Assembly (NCBI GenBank): GCA_028868895.1
Contig: JAGWTP010000003.1
Coordinates: forward strand, 7,392 to 71,391
From: Burkholderiales bacterium
GTDB lineage: Bacteria; Pseudomonadota; Gammaproteobacteria; Burkholderiales; Burkholderiaceae_C
DNA length: 64,000 nt
Reading direction: 5' to 3'
The notes below the pieces were generated by a model, which did no database searches, was not told the DNA's origin, and saw nothing but the letters and a program-made list of their open reading frames with translations. Below, piece after piece: positions 1 to 14,109 of this stretch. The translations under genes and the position numbers were made by a program. Numbering within the stretch: position 1 is the first letter of the stretch; every line of letters begins with the position of its first letter.

Positions 1-1084
1 GCTGGATGCCGTGGCCCCAGTATTCGCCGGTCATCCAGAAAGGCGCGTCGTCGACCTCGGCGCCGGCATGCGCCGCCTTCCATGCCGCCAGTGCTTTCAA
101 GCCGGCAGCCTTCAGTGCGGTCCACGACGCCGGTTCCACGTTCTTGACGGTGTCGCAACGGAATCCGTCGATGCCGTAGTCACGCACCCATTGCGTCAAC
201 CAGCCGACGAGGTAATCGCGCACGGTGGCGTGGGGCAGTGCCTTCGCAGCGGTGTCGGGCTTGTGGCGAAGCAGCGGCGGCAGGCCGACGAACCGGGGCG
301 ACTCCGTCTTGAAGTCGGGCAGGTAGGCCAGTTGCCTGGTGTAGTCGTCGCTGCCGCCTTCGGTGTAGCCGCGCAGCCCGGCGCGGACCCAGTCCGGGCC
401 CCACCAGTTGAGCCAGGCCGGGTCGTTGTAGTCGATCCAGCTGTGGTAATCGGCCGGCGTCGCGCGCTCGTAGCCCTTCCACAGCACGCCGACCTTGCGG
501 TCGGTGACCGGCCCCACGTACTCCGCCAGGTCGGCGATGTCGGCGTATCCGGGGTGGTTCATCACGACGTCGAACAGCACGCGGATGCCGCGGCCGTGCG
601 CGGCACCGACGAACTCGCGCAGTTCGTCTTCGGTGCCCATGCTCCGGTCCAGCCGCGTGTAGTCGAGCGCGTAGTAGCCGTGGTAGGCGTAATGTTTGAA
701 TTGCTTGTTGCCACCCACGACCCAGCCGTGGATCTGCTCGTACGGTGCGGTGATCCAGATTGCGTTGACGCCGAGTTGGCTGAACCACCCCTGGCGCACC
801 TTGCGCGTCAGGCCGGCCAGATCGCCGCCGTGGAAGGTGGCGATGTCGTCGCGGGCATCGGGCTCGCGCCGGCGGCCGTAAGCATGGTCGTTGGCCGGGT
901 TGCCGTCGACGAAGCGGTCGGTGATGACGAAGTACACGATCGGGTTGTCGGCGAAGCTGCCGGGAACGTCTGCCGCACGCACCGCACCGGGCAGCGTGAC
1001 GAACGCGCCGGCCGCCACCAGCGTGCGCGCCCAGTGCGCGAGTCGGCGCATCAGCGCCGGCTCGATCCCGGGCACCGTGATCAT
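1..1084 (-). CDS. GH13 alpha-amylase/maltodextrin hydrolase (MalS-like), partial, runs off the left edge
   Basis: Not in the ORF track; hand-translated from the ATG at 1084, which overlaps the malG stop (ATGA). Contains [50 protein letters not shown] and [11 protein letters not shown], the GH13 conserved regions. Confidence 0.9.
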   Translation of the reverse strand, partial: MITVPGIEPALMRRLAHWARTLVAAGAFVTLPGAVRAADVPGSFADNPIVYFVITDRFVDGNPANDHAYGRRREPDARDDIATFHGGDLAGLTRKVRQGWFSQLGVNAIWITAPYEQIHGWVVGGNKQFKHYAYHGYYALDYTRLDRSMGTEDELREFVGAAHGRGIRVLFDVVMNHPGYADIADLAEYVGPVTDRKVGVLWKGYERATPADYHSWIDYNDPAWLNWWGPDWVRAGLRGYTEGGSDDYTRQLAYLPDFKTESPRFVGLPPLLRHKPDTAAKALPHATVRDYLVGWLTQWVRDYGIDGFRCDTVKNVEPASWTALKAAGLKALAAWKAAHAGAEVDDAPFWMTGEYWGHGIQ

Positions 1085-1971
1085 CCCTTGACGCCGCCGG
1101 CGGTCAGTCCGGAGACGATCCACTTCTGCGCCGCCAGGAACACCGCGGTGATGGGCAGGCCCGACAGCACCGCCGCGGCGGCGAAGTCACCCCACAGGTA
1201 CTTCTGTTCGTACAGGTAGTACTTGGAGCCCACCGCCAGCGTCAGGTGCGGCTCCTGGCGCAGCAGGACCGAGGCCACCGGGTATTCGATGATGCCGCCG
1301 ATGAAGGCGAGCACGAAGACGACCATCAGGATCGGCACCGCCATCGGCAGCAACACGTAGCGAAAGGCCTGGAAGTGGGTCGCGCCATCGACCTTCGCGC
1401 ATTCCTCGATCTCCACCGGGATGGTGTCGAAATAGCCGCGGATGGTCCAGATGTGGACGGCCACGCCACCCAGGTAAGCCAGGATCACGCCGGCATGGGT
1501 CTCGATGCCGAGCCAGGGGACGTAGTTGCCGATCGTCTCGAAGACCGCGTAGATCGCCACCAGCGCCAGCACCGCCGGGAACATCTGAAGCAGCAACATG
1601 CTGCTCAGGATGCCGGCCTTGAAGCGAAACCTCAGCCGCGCGAAGGCATAGGCGGCGGTGGTCGAGATCATGACGATGAGAAACGCCGAGATGCCGGCGA
1701 TCTTGACCGAGTTCCACAGCCACAGCAGAACCGGGAATGGCGGCAGCACGAGGCTGCCGTCGCTCGCCCGGTACGGGATGCCCAGCGCGAGCTTCCAGTG
1801 TTCGAGGCTGATGTGGTCGGGGATCAGCGAGCCGGTGGCGAAGTTGCCCGGACGCAGCGAGATCGAGATCACCGCCAGCAGCGGGAACAAGGTGATCGCG
1901 ATCAATGCCCACAGGAAGGCGTGTGCGACGAGCAGGCGCCAGCGGTGGCGGCGTCCGGTGACGATGGGCAT
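1081..1971 (-). CDS. malG: Maltose ABC transporter permease MalG
   Basis: Multi-TM protein with an EAA-like loop ([14 protein letters not shown]); ends GLTAGGVKG as MalG does; downstream of malF. Confidence 0.92.
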   Translation of the reverse strand: MPIVTGRRHRWRLLVAHAFLWALIAITLFPLLAVISISLRPGNFATGSLIPDHISLEHWKLALGIPYRASDGSLVLPPFPVLLWLWNSVKIAGISAFLIVMISTTAAYAFARLRFRFKAGILSSMLLLQMFPAVLALVAIYAVFETIGNYVPWLGIETHAGVILAYLGGVAVHIWTIRGYFDTIPVEIEECAKVDGATHFQAFRYVLLPMAVPILMVVFVLAFIGGIIEYPVASVLLRQEPHLTLAVGSKYYLYEQKYLWGDFAAAAVLSGLPITAVFLAAQKWIVSGLTAGGVKG

Positions 1972-1975
1972 CGTG

Positions 1976-3553
<1,578 letters not shown>

Positions 3554-3644
3554 TCACTTCCTGCTGCGCCTGCGCGGCGCGCGCGTGCCGCGCTCGTGCC
3601 GCACCCCGCGCGCGCCGGTGCCGGCCCGCGCGCGTCGGCGGGTC

Positions 3645-4841
<1,197 letters not shown>

Positions 4842-4926
4842 GTCTTTGGTCTCCGTTTACTGTGGGTGGGTGAACTTGGGCGTCGATAAGCTCTGCGGGG
4901 TCGCGAGGCGCGCCCCGGGAATCGGC

Positions 4927-6045
<1,119 letters not shown>

Positions 6046-6135
6046 TGCGGGTGCCTCCACCGCGCTGGGAAGGCACGCGCGGGTTGTCTCGTTGTGGGAC
6101 GGCGGAGCTTCTCTTGGCTGCTCCGTCTTCGGAAA

Positions 6136-6164
6136 AATATACAGAGCCGACCGGTGAAGCGCAA
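6136..6164 (-). promoter_or_regulatory. Candidate sigma70 promoter for the mal operon
   Basis: Minus strand reads TTGCGC-N17-TATATT, about 90 nt upstream of malK. Confidence 0.4.
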
Positions 6165-6412
6165 CTGCTGCAAACCCAACACAAGCGCCTTCGACTCAAC
6201 GTCGAATCGCCGACGTGGATCGCGCATCAGACAGTGCCAAGCGAGTCGAACGGCGTTGATGGCCGGGTCGTACCGGCGGCCTTCAGCGGCAGGCTTTTGC
6301 GCGCGCCGGCCGCTGCGATGCGAAACCACTCGTTGGCCGAGCCGCGGGGCGGATTGGCTATGCTTCATGCCAGCGTTTCAACGTCATCAACTCACTCGAT
6401 TGGAGACACCCC

Positions 6413-7873
6413 ATGCTCAAGCTCAAAGACCCCAGCCTGTTCCGCCAGCAGGCCCATGTCGCCGGTGAATGGATCGACGCCGACGACGGCACGACCGTGG
6501 CCGTCACCAACCCGGCCACCGGCGAGACGCTGGGCAGCGTGCCGATGTGCGGCGCGGCCGAGACGGCGCGCGCCATCGCCGCGGCCGACGTGGCGCAGCG
6601 GCGGTGGCGCGACGTGTCGGCCAAGGAGCGCGCCGCGGTGCTGCGCCGGCTCAACGACCTGATGCTGGCCAACGCCGACGACCTCGCGCTGATCATGACC
6701 AGCGAGCAGGGCAAGCCGCTCGCCGAGGCGAAGGGCGAGATCGGCTACGCCGCGTCGTTCATCGAGTGGTTCGCCGACGAGGCGCGCCGCATCTACGGCG
6801 ACACGATTCCCGCGCCGCTGGGCGACCGCCGCATCCTGGCGATCAAGCAGCCGGTGGGCACGACCGCGGCGATCACGCCGTGGAACTTTCCCACCGCGAT
6901 GCTGACGCGCAAGGCCGGCCCGGCGCTGGCGGCGGGCTGCTCGATGGTCGTCAAGCCGGCGACGCAGACACCGTACTCGGCGCTCGCGTTCGCTGAACTC
7001 GCGGTGCGCGCCGGCGTGCCCAAGGGGCTGCTGTCGGTGCTGACCGGTTCGGCCAGCCGGATCGGCGGCGAGATGACGCGCAACCCGCTGGTGCGCAAGC
7101 TCAGCTTCACCGGCTCGACCGAGGTCGGCCGGCTGCTGATGCGCCAGAGTGCCGACACGGTCAAGAAGCTCTCGCTCGAGCTCGGCGGCAACGCGCCGTT
7201 CATCGTCTTCGACGATGCCGATCTCGACGCCGCGGTCGAGGGCGCGATGATCTCGAAGTACCGCAACACCGGCCAGACCTGCGTCTGCGCCAACCGCATC
7301 TACGTGCAGCGCGGCGTGCTCGCGGCCTTCACCAACAAGCTGGTCGCCAAGGTCAAGGCGCTCAAGGTCGGCTCGGGCGTGGAGCCGGGCGTCACGCAGG
7401 GGCCACTGATCGACGCCAAGGCGGTGGCGAAGATCGAGGAGCACATCGCCGACGCCCGCGCCAAGGGCGCCGAGGTGCTGACCGGCGGCAAGCGCCACGC
7501 GCTCGGCGGCCTGTTCTTCGAGCCGACGGTGATCGGCGGCGCGACCGCCGAGATGCTGTTCGCGCGCGAGGAAACCTTCGGCCCGCTGGCGCCGATCTTC
7601 GCGTTCGACACCGAGGCCGAAGTCATCGAGCGCGCCAACGACACCGAGTTCGGCCTGGCCGCGTACTTCTACAGCCGCGACATCGGCCGCGTGATGCGGG
7701 TGGCCGAGAAGCTCGAGTCGGGCATGGTCGGCGTCAACACCGGCCTGATCTCGACCGCCGAGGCGCCGTTCGGCGGCGTCAAGCAGTCGGGCCTGGGCCG
7801 CGAAGGCTCGAAGTACGGGCTCGACGACTTCCTCGAATTGAAGTACGTCTGCCTGGCGGGGCTGGACAAGTAG
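6413..7873 (+). CDS. gabD: NAD(P)-dependent succinate-semialdehyde dehydrogenase
   Basis: ITPWNFP, FTGSTEVG, LELGGNAPF, catalytic GQTCVC, EETFGP; N-terminus MLKLKDPSLFRQQA typical of GabD. Confidence 0.9.
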   Translation: MLKLKDPSLFRQQAHVAGEWIDADDGTTVAVTNPATGETLGSVPMCGAAETARAIAAADVAQRRWRDVSAKERAAVLRRLNDLMLANADDLALIMTSEQGKPLAEAKGEIGYAASFIEWFADEARRIYGDTIPAPLGDRRILAIKQPVGTTAAITPWNFPTAMLTRKAGPALAAGCSMVVKPATQTPYSALAFAELAVRAGVPKGLLSVLTGSASRIGGEMTRNPLVRKLSFTGSTEVGRLLMRQSADTVKKLSLELGGNAPFIVFDDADLDAAVEGAMISKYRNTGQTCVCANRIYVQRGVLAAFTNKLVAKVKALKVGSGVEPGVTQGPLIDAKAVAKIEEHIADARAKGAEVLTGGKRHALGGLFFEPTVIGGATAEMLFAREETFGPLAPIFAFDTEAEVIERANDTEFGLAAYFYSRDIGRVMRVAEKLESGMVGVNTGLISTAEAPFGGVKQSGLGREGSKYGLDDFLELKYVCLAGLDK

Positions 7874-8018
7874 TTCGGTCGCCGGTTCCGGCCGAGCCGG
7901 ACGCACCGGATCCTGACGTGAGGGGTCAGGGCGCTGACACATGCCTGCCATGTGCGAGGCGTCCACTGACCAGTGCGAACTTCGATTCGCGCCCTCAATC
8001 ACGGAAGGAGTCTCTGCC

Positions 8019-9821
8019 ATGAAACCCAGGTTCCAATACAGGCTCAGCGCGCTGGCGCTGGGCATCGCGGCGATGTCGCCCGCGCTGGCCGCCGACGCGC
8101 AAGGCGCGGCACCGGCACCCGCCGCGCCCACCACCACCCCGATCCAGCACGTCATCGTCGTGATCGGCGAGAACCACACCTTCGACAACCTGTTCGGTGC
8201 CTACCAGCCGCGCAAGGGCCAGACGATCCATAACCTGCTGTCGCAAGGCATCGTCAACGCCGACGGCAGCCCGGGGCCGAACTTCGCCCGCGCCGTGCAG
8301 CAACAGGCCGGCAACACCAGCGCCTACCGTGTCGACCCCGGCATCACCGGCGCCTACGCCTTCCTGCCGCAACCGCAGACCACCTACGCCACCGGGCTGC
8401 CGCCGGGCGTTGCCGACGTGCGCTTCCCGGCCGACCTGCCGCCCGGGCCGTTCCAAATCACCAAGTACGTGCCCTACGACGCGTTCGTGGGCGACCCGCC
8501 GCACCGTTTCTTCCAGATGTGGCAGCAGGCCGACCAAGGCAAACACGACCTGTTCGCTTGGGTCGGCGTGACCGCCGGCATCGGCCCCGACAACAGCTTC
8601 AACCCGCCGAGCTACGGACCGAACAACACCTTCCAGGGCGGCGAGGCGATGGGCTTCTACAACATGAGCAGCGGCGACGCGCCGAAGTTCAAGGCGCTGG
8701 CGCAGCGCTACGCGCTGAGCGACAACTACCACCAGTCGGTGATGGGCGGCACCGGCGCCAACTTTCTCGCCATCGCCACCGGCGACGTCGCGTACTTCAA
8801 CGCCAACGGCGTGCCCGCCAAGCCGTTCGACAACCAGATCGAGAACCCCGACCCGCAGCCCGGCACCAACAACTGGTACCGCAAGGACGGCTACACCGGC
8901 GGCTCCTACGTGAACTGCGCCGACCCCAGCCAGCCCGGCGTGAGCGCGATCCAGGGCTACATCGACAGCCAGCCGGGCCACGCCTTCCGTGGCGGCAACT
9001 GCGCCGCCGACACCTACTACCTGGTCAACAACTACGGCCTGGGCTACACCTTCGACGGCAAGGCCAAGCCGGTGCTCGCGACCAACTTCACGCTGCCGCC
9101 GCAGACGATCCCGACGATCGCCGACGCGCTGTCCGCCAAGCGGGTCTCTTGGAAGTGGTACAGCGGCGGGCGCGAGCCGACCCGGACCACGAAGGAGTAC
9201 TGCGGCATCTGCGACCCGTTCACCGCGTTCACGTCGATCATGACCACGCCATTGAAGGCCAATCTGCAGGGCGTGCCCGAGCTGTACGCCGATCTGGCCC
9301 GCGGCGGGCAGCTCCCGGCGGTCGCGTTCGTGCGCCCGTTCGAAAGCCAGGCCGGCCACCCGGCCAACGCGACGACATCGGCGTTCGAAAACTTCGTCGC
9401 CGATCTGGTCGACAAGGTCAAGGCGAACCCCGCGCTGTGGCGGCACACGGCGGTGCTCGTCACCGTCGACGAAGGCGGCGGCTACTACGACTCGGGCTAC
9501 ATCCAGCCGGTGGACTTCTTCGGCGACGGCACGCGCATCCCGCTGCTGGCGATCTCGCCCTGGGCCAGGCGCGGGCATGTCGACCACACCTACGCCGACC
9601 ACGCCTCGATCCTCAAGTTCATCGAGAAGAACTGGCGCCTGCAGCCGCTGTCGGCGCGCAGCCGTGACAACCTCCCCAACCCGCGGCACGACGACGAGAA
9701 CGCCTACGTGCCGACCAACCGGCCGGCGATCGGCGACCTGATGACGATGTTCGACTTCGAGCGCGGCGACGTGGATCATGGTGACCGCGACGGCCACCGT
9801 GGCGACGGCGGCAACGACTGA
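8019..9821 (+). CDS. Secreted phosphoesterase (phospholipase C/acid phosphatase AcpA family)
   Basis: AAGGAG RBS, signal peptide MKPRFQYRLSALALGIAAM, motif HVIVVIGENHTFDNLFG, DEGGGYYD, GTRIPLLAISP. Confidence 0.85.
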   Translation: MKPRFQYRLSALALGIAAMSPALAADAQGAAPAPAAPTTTPIQHVIVVIGENHTFDNLFGAYQPRKGQTIHNLLSQGIVNADGSPGPNFARAVQQQAGNTSAYRVDPGITGAYAFLPQPQTTYATGLPPGVADVRFPADLPPGPFQITKYVPYDAFVGDPPHRFFQMWQQADQGKHDLFAWVGVTAGIGPDNSFNPPSYGPNNTFQGGEAMGFYNMSSGDAPKFKALAQRYALSDNYHQSVMGGTGANFLAIATGDVAYFNANGVPAKPFDNQIENPDPQPGTNNWYRKDGYTGGSYVNCADPSQPGVSAIQGYIDSQPGHAFRGGNCAADTYYLVNNYGLGYTFDGKAKPVLATNFTLPPQTIPTIADALSAKRVSWKWYSGGREPTRTTKEYCGICDPFTAFTSIMTTPLKANLQGVPELYADLARGGQLPAVAFVRPFESQAGHPANATTSAFENFVADLVDKVKANPALWRHTAVLVTVDEGGGYYDSGYIQPVDFFGDGTRIPLLAISPWARRGHVDHTYADHASILKFIEKNWRLQPLSARSRDNLPNPRHDDENAYVPTNRPAIGDLMTMFDFERGDVDHGDRDGHRGDGGND

Positions 9822-9847
9822 CGGTCAGGCGCTGGTGCGGTCGGCGG

Positions 9848-10756
9848 CTACCGCCGGCTCGACACCAGCGCCACACCGGCGCAGGTGATCGCGATCCCCA
9901 CCGCACTCAGCGCGGTGGGGATCACGCCGAACAGCGCCCATTCGAGCGCCACCGCGACGATCGGGGTCAGGAAGAACAGGCTCGTCACCTTGGTCGCGTG
10001 GCCGCGCCGCATCAGCCCGTGCAAGGCGTTCACCGCGAGGATCGACGCCATGATCACGACATAGGCGATCGCGCCCAGCAGCGCCCAGCTCCAGCGCACC
10101 TTGAGCCCTTCGACGCCCCAGGCCAGCGGCATCAGCACCGCGGCCGACAGCGCGAACTGGATGAACGCCGAACTGCGCAGGTCCGCGGTCGGGCAGAACA
10201 CGCGCTGGTAGAGCGTGCCGCTGGTGATGGCGGCCAGCGAGATGGCCACCGCCGCCAGGCTCGCCACGCTGACCGCCCGCACGTCGATCTTGTGCCAGAC
10301 GATCAGCACCACACCGGCCAGGCCCAGGGCCACGCCGAGCCACTGCACGCCGCGCAGCCGCTGCCCCATGAAGCGGTGCGCGATCACCGCGGTGAACAGC
10401 GGCTGGGTCGCCAGCAGCACCGCGGTGATGCCGGCCGACATGCCGAGGTACTGCGCGTAGTGGCTGCCCGACAGGTTGATCGCGTGCATCAGCAGCCCGG
10501 CCACGCCGATGTGAAACCACTCGCGCGCGCTGCCCGGCCAGCGCGGGCGCACGACCAGCAGCCACGGCGCCAGGCACGCCAGCCCGAACAGGTAGCGCAG
10601 CGACAGGAACGTGAACGGCGCGGCGTAGCGCAGGCCGGTCTTGCTGGCCAGGTAGCCCGAGCCCCAGGCGAGCACGAAGTACCAGCTCAGCAGCGTGTCG
10701 TAGCGGTCGGGCGCGGCGGACCGGGTCGTCGCGGCGGCGCGGTCCGTCGTCGTCAA
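9848..10756 (-). CDS. DMT/EamA family transporter
   Basis: About 10 hydrophobic segments in two EamA repeats ([17 protein letters not shown]). Confidence 0.85.
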   Translation of the reverse strand: MTTTDRAAATTRSAAPDRYDTLLSWYFVLAWGSGYLASKTGLRYAAPFTFLSLRYLFGLACLAPWLLVVRPRWPGSAREWFHIGVAGLLMHAINLSGSHYAQYLGMSAGITAVLLATQPLFTAVIAHRFMGQRLRGVQWLGVALGLAGVVLIVWHKIDVRAVSVASLAAVAISLAAITSGTLYQRVFCPTADLRSSAFIQFALSAAVLMPLAWGVEGLKVRWSWALLGAIAYVVIMASILAVNALHGLMRRGHATKVTSLFFLTPIVAVALEWALFGVIPTALSAVGIAITCAGVALVSSRR

Positions 10757-10875
10757 GGGAGCTCCTTCGTGCGGTTCGGCGCCGCGATGCGGGTTCAGTT
10801 TACCGAGCCCGACGCGCCGATCGCGCCCGCGCCGCGCGGATCACAATCGCGCATCTGCCTGCCCGAGACGCCACC

Positions 10876-11646
10876 ATGCCGCCCACCGCCCCCCCGTCCA
10901 ACGCCGCCCGTGCGCACGACCTCACCGATGCCGAGTTCGCCGAACTCGACGACCTGCTGCTCGAAACGCCCGAGCCGCTCGAGCCGCTCGACGTGGTGAT
11001 GCTCGACGGCTACCTGTGCGGCGTGATCGTGCAGCCGGTGCTGCTCGAACCCGCGACCTGGCTCGCCCACGTGTTCGATTTCGACGGCCGGCCGCTGCCC
11101 GACGACGTCGACCCCGCATGGCTGCAGCGCACCACCGCGCTGATCCTGCGGCGTCACGCGGTGCTGAACCGCGCCATCGTCGAGGACGGCTGGTTCGATC
11201 CGCTGGTGCTCGAGTTCGACGACGAGCACCCGCGCGAGCCGGTGCCCGAGGGCGAGCCCGACCCGATGGCCGGCCTGAGCCCGGTGTCGCAGTCGCTGAT
11301 GCCGTGGGTGGCCGGCTTCCAGCACGCCGCGGTGTGCTTCCCTGATCTGGCGGAGATGGGCGACGAGGCGGTGATGGCGGCGCTGGCGCGGCTGTACCGC
11401 CACCTGCCGGCCGAGTCCGACGAAGAGCGCGAGATCGTCGCCACGCTCGACCGCGAGCACCCGCTGGCCACGCTCGACGACGCGATGGAAGAGCTGGTGG
11501 TCACCGTCGCCGACCTGCAGGACCTGACCCGCGAGCAACGCTACAAGGTCGACACCGTGAAGCGCGAGACGCCCAAGGTCGGCCGCAACGACCCGTGCCC
11601 CTGCGGCAGCGGCAAGAAGTTCAAGCTGTGCCACGGGGCGGCCTGA
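10876..11646 (+). CDS. YecA/UPF0149 family protein with C-terminal SEC-C motif
   Basis: [12 protein letters not shown]; C-terminal [21 protein letters not shown]. Confidence 0.88.
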   Translation: MPPTAPPSNAARAHDLTDAEFAELDDLLLETPEPLEPLDVVMLDGYLCGVIVQPVLLEPATWLAHVFDFDGRPLPDDVDPAWLQRTTALILRRHAVLNRAIVEDGWFDPLVLEFDDEHPREPVPEGEPDPMAGLSPVSQSLMPWVAGFQHAAVCFPDLAEMGDEAVMAALARLYRHLPAESDEEREIVATLDREHPLATLDDAMEELVVTVADLQDLTREQRYKVDTVKRETPKVGRNDPCPCGSGKKFKLCHGAA

Positions 11647-11675
11647 CCGGGCCTGAAGCGACCCGGCGCGGCGGC

Positions 11676-12539
11676 ATGAAGGTCCAGCTGCTGTCCGACC
11701 TGCACCTCGAGCGCCAGCCCGACTTCATCGCCCGGCCGGCGCCGGGTGCCGAGGTGCTCGTGCTGGCCGGCGACATCGGCTCGTACCAGAGCGGCTCGCG
11801 CTTGCGCGATGCCGACTTCGGGCTGGCCCAGTTCTCGCCACGCCTGCACCCGAACGCGTGGCCGACGGTGCTGTACGTGCCGGGCAACCACGAGTACGAC
11901 GGCCTCGAGTTCGACGACACCCACCAGCGGCTGCGCGCGACCTGCGAGCGCCTGGGCATCACCTGGCTCGAGCGCGAGGTGGTCACGCTCGGCCGGGTGC
12001 GCTTCATCGGCACCACCTTGTGGAGCGACTTCGACGCGCTGGTCGACGGCCGCAGCGGTGCGTCGCCGCTCGCTTCGCCGCTGACCGCGCAGCTGCGTGA
12101 GCGCGAGAAGGCGTTTCGCGCCGCCAACTTCTATCTGCGCAAATACACCGCGCTGCGCCGTGGCGAGCCGATGCTGGCCGACGCGATCCGCGAACTGGCG
12201 CTGGTGTGCCAGGACTGGCTGCGCCGCGCGCTGCAGGTGCCGTTCGACGGCAGCACCGTGGTCGTCACGCACTTCGCGCCGAGCCTGCGCAGCGCCGACC
12301 CGCGCTACGGGCTCACGCCCGGCACGGCGGGGTTCTGCAATGCGCTGGACGAACTGCTCGCGCAGGCCGACGTCTGGCTGCACGGCCACCTGCATTGCCA
12401 CCACGACTACGTCGTGGGCGGCGCCGGCGCGGGTTCACCGCGGTCGTGCCGCGTCGTCGCCAACCCGTACGGTTATGCCGGCAAGGGCGAGCAGGAGGGT
12501 TTCATCGACGAGCTGTGCATCGAGCTGCCGGCGCGCTGA
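11676..12539 (+). CDS. Calcineurin-like metallophosphoesterase
   Basis: LSDLHLE, LAGDI, VPGNHE, THFAP, WLHGHLH, ANPYGY motifs. Confidence 0.88.
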   Translation: MKVQLLSDLHLERQPDFIARPAPGAEVLVLAGDIGSYQSGSRLRDADFGLAQFSPRLHPNAWPTVLYVPGNHEYDGLEFDDTHQRLRATCERLGITWLEREVVTLGRVRFIGTTLWSDFDALVDGRSGASPLASPLTAQLREREKAFRAANFYLRKYTALRRGEPMLADAIRELALVCQDWLRRALQVPFDGSTVVVTHFAPSLRSADPRYGLTPGTAGFCNALDELLAQADVWLHGHLHCHHDYVVGGAGAGSPRSCRVVANPYGYAGKGEQEGFIDELCIELPAR

Positions 12540-12551
12540 GCCGCAGCGCGA

Positions 12552-13163
12552 CTACCGACGCGCCCGCAGGCCGTCGAAACAGGTCGACAACAGCAGCTCG
12601 ATGATCTGCGCGTCGCTGTGCGCACCGCCGGCCTTGAGCAAGGCCAGCACCGGATCGCAGGCGCGCGCGAACAGCGTGTACAGCACGATCTCGGGCGGCA
12701 GCGCCGCGTTCAGGCTGCCCGCCGCCTGCGCCGCGGTGATCCAGGTGCCGAGCTGTTCGCTGACCTGCATCAGCCGGTCCAGGTAGACGGCGTGGCCCGC
12801 CAGCGCCGCGCGCAGCGCCGAGTTCTGTGCCGGCAGCGACGGCATCTCGCCGGCCAGCTGCACCTGCAGCGTCCAGCGCGCAACTTCCTTGAGCTGGTCG
12901 AGCGGCGTGGCCAGCGCATCGGCGCGCAGCGACTCGATCTTCTCGAGAGCCAGATCGAGCACCCGGACCATCGCGGCGGCGGCCAGGTCTTCCTTCGAGG
13001 CGAAGTGCTTGTACAGGCTGGCCTTGGCGATGCCGACATCGGCGGCGACCTCGTCCACCGTCATGGCGTCGAAGCCCTTTTCGGCCAGCAGCCGGTTCAC
13101 CGACGCGAGGATGGCCTCTTCACGGGCGTGCAGCACCTGTTCCCGAAACGACACCCTGACCAT
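12552..13163 (-). CDS. TetR/AcrR family transcriptional regulator
   Basis: HTH LLAEKGFDAMTVDEVAADVGIAKASLYKHF; start re-assigned to MVRVSF at 13163. Confidence 0.88.
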   Translation of the reverse strand: MVRVSFREQVLHAREEAILASVNRLLAEKGFDAMTVDEVAADVGIAKASLYKHFASKEDLAAAAMVRVLDLALEKIESLRADALATPLDQLKEVARWTLQVQLAGEMPSLPAQNSALRAALAGHAVYLDRLMQVSEQLGTWITAAQAAGSLNAALPPEIVLYTLFARACDPVLALLKAGGAHSDAQIIELLLSTCFDGLRARR

Positions 13164-13209
13164 GGGTCCAGTGTAACGGCGGCGATTTGCGCGACCCGCC
13201 TGGGGGCGC

Positions 13210-13443
13210 TCACAGACCGGTGCGGCGGACGAGGCGGTGCTCCCAGGCGCGCTGGGGTGTCGGCCGGGGTGCCGGTCGGGCCGGGTGCGGGCCCGGCGGG
13301 TGAGCGTCATCGTCGGCCGGGCCGAAACTCGCATCCAGTCCGAACGCGGTGCCCATGTCGGCGCGGTCGGCCGCCTGTGGTGACCGTGCCGGGCGCCGCG
13401 ACCGAAGCGCCGCCCACCAAGCCAGACCTGAGGACCAGTCCAT
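13210..13443 (-). CDS. Small hypothetical protein (77 aa)
   Basis: GGGAGG RBS before the ATG; MDWSSGLAWWAALR...ADMGTAFGLDASF; co-directional with TetR. Confidence 0.55.
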   Translation of the reverse strand: MDWSSGLAWWAALRSRRPARSPQAADRADMGTAFGLDASFGPADDDAHPPGPHPARPAPRPTPQRAWEHRLVRRTGL

Positions 13444-13679
13444 CGCGACCTCCCGCGTGCCCATGAAGATGCAACAAAGTGTGCGCCGTTCGCGGCGTTC
13501 TGGTGCGCCGATATGCGGCCGAGTTCGGTCGCACTTGGCACGCGGCGCGTGCGCGTCGGGGAGGACGTGAATAGTACCCACGGCTGTCCCACATCGACAG
13601 GATGGCGCAATGCGCGGGGGGCCTCTATGGTTGTCGGGTCGGGTCCGATCGGACCGCGCTGAATCAAGGGAAGCACGCC

Positions 13680-13907
13680 ATGATCGTCGCTGCGCTGAAG
13701 ACTCTCACCTGGGGCACGGTCGCCGCGGCGGTGGTCAGTGCACTGTTGCTGGCGTGCGCCGGCAACAGCCTGCCACGGCTGTTCGGCGCCGTGAGCAGTC
13801 CACTGCCGGCCTGGTCGTCGGGCCCCGAACTCGTCGGCCTGCGCCCCACTCGCGCGAGCGAGGTCGACCAGACGGTGCACCGCGAGCGCGCCGCAGCGCC
13901 ACGCTGA
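13680..13907 (+). CDS. Small hypothetical membrane/exported protein (75 aa)
   Basis: AAGGGAAG RBS, hydrophobic N-terminus MIVAALKTLTWGTVAAAVVSALLLAC. Confidence 0.45.
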   Translation: MIVAALKTLTWGTVAAAVVSALLLACAGNSLPRLFGAVSSPLPAWSSGPELVGLRPTRASEVDQTVHRERAAAPR

Positions 13908-14109
13908 GCTTGCCCCAAGGACATCGAAGCGGCGCGAACCCGCAAGGCCGCGCCGGCCTTCTCGATCGGGTCTAATTCACGCTGCGGTCGCCCCAGCTCG
14001 CGGCCGCTCCACCGTGGACCCGCTGCCGAGCGTGCGTCGCCGCCGGGGCTGGCGGTGAACGCTCACCGGCGCCGGCGGCAGCCGGCCACTTCAACCTCGA
14101 GGATTCGAC

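Noticed and set aside
3572-3640. GC-rich hairpins between malE and malF, reminiscent of the E. coli malE-malF REP stabiliser
   Set aside because: Short pure-GC stems are expected by chance at this composition, and I saw no second copy in the window.
6354-6371. Possible sigma54 promoter upstream of gabD
   Set aside because: GG-GC spacing is off by one base, which sigma54 does not tolerate.
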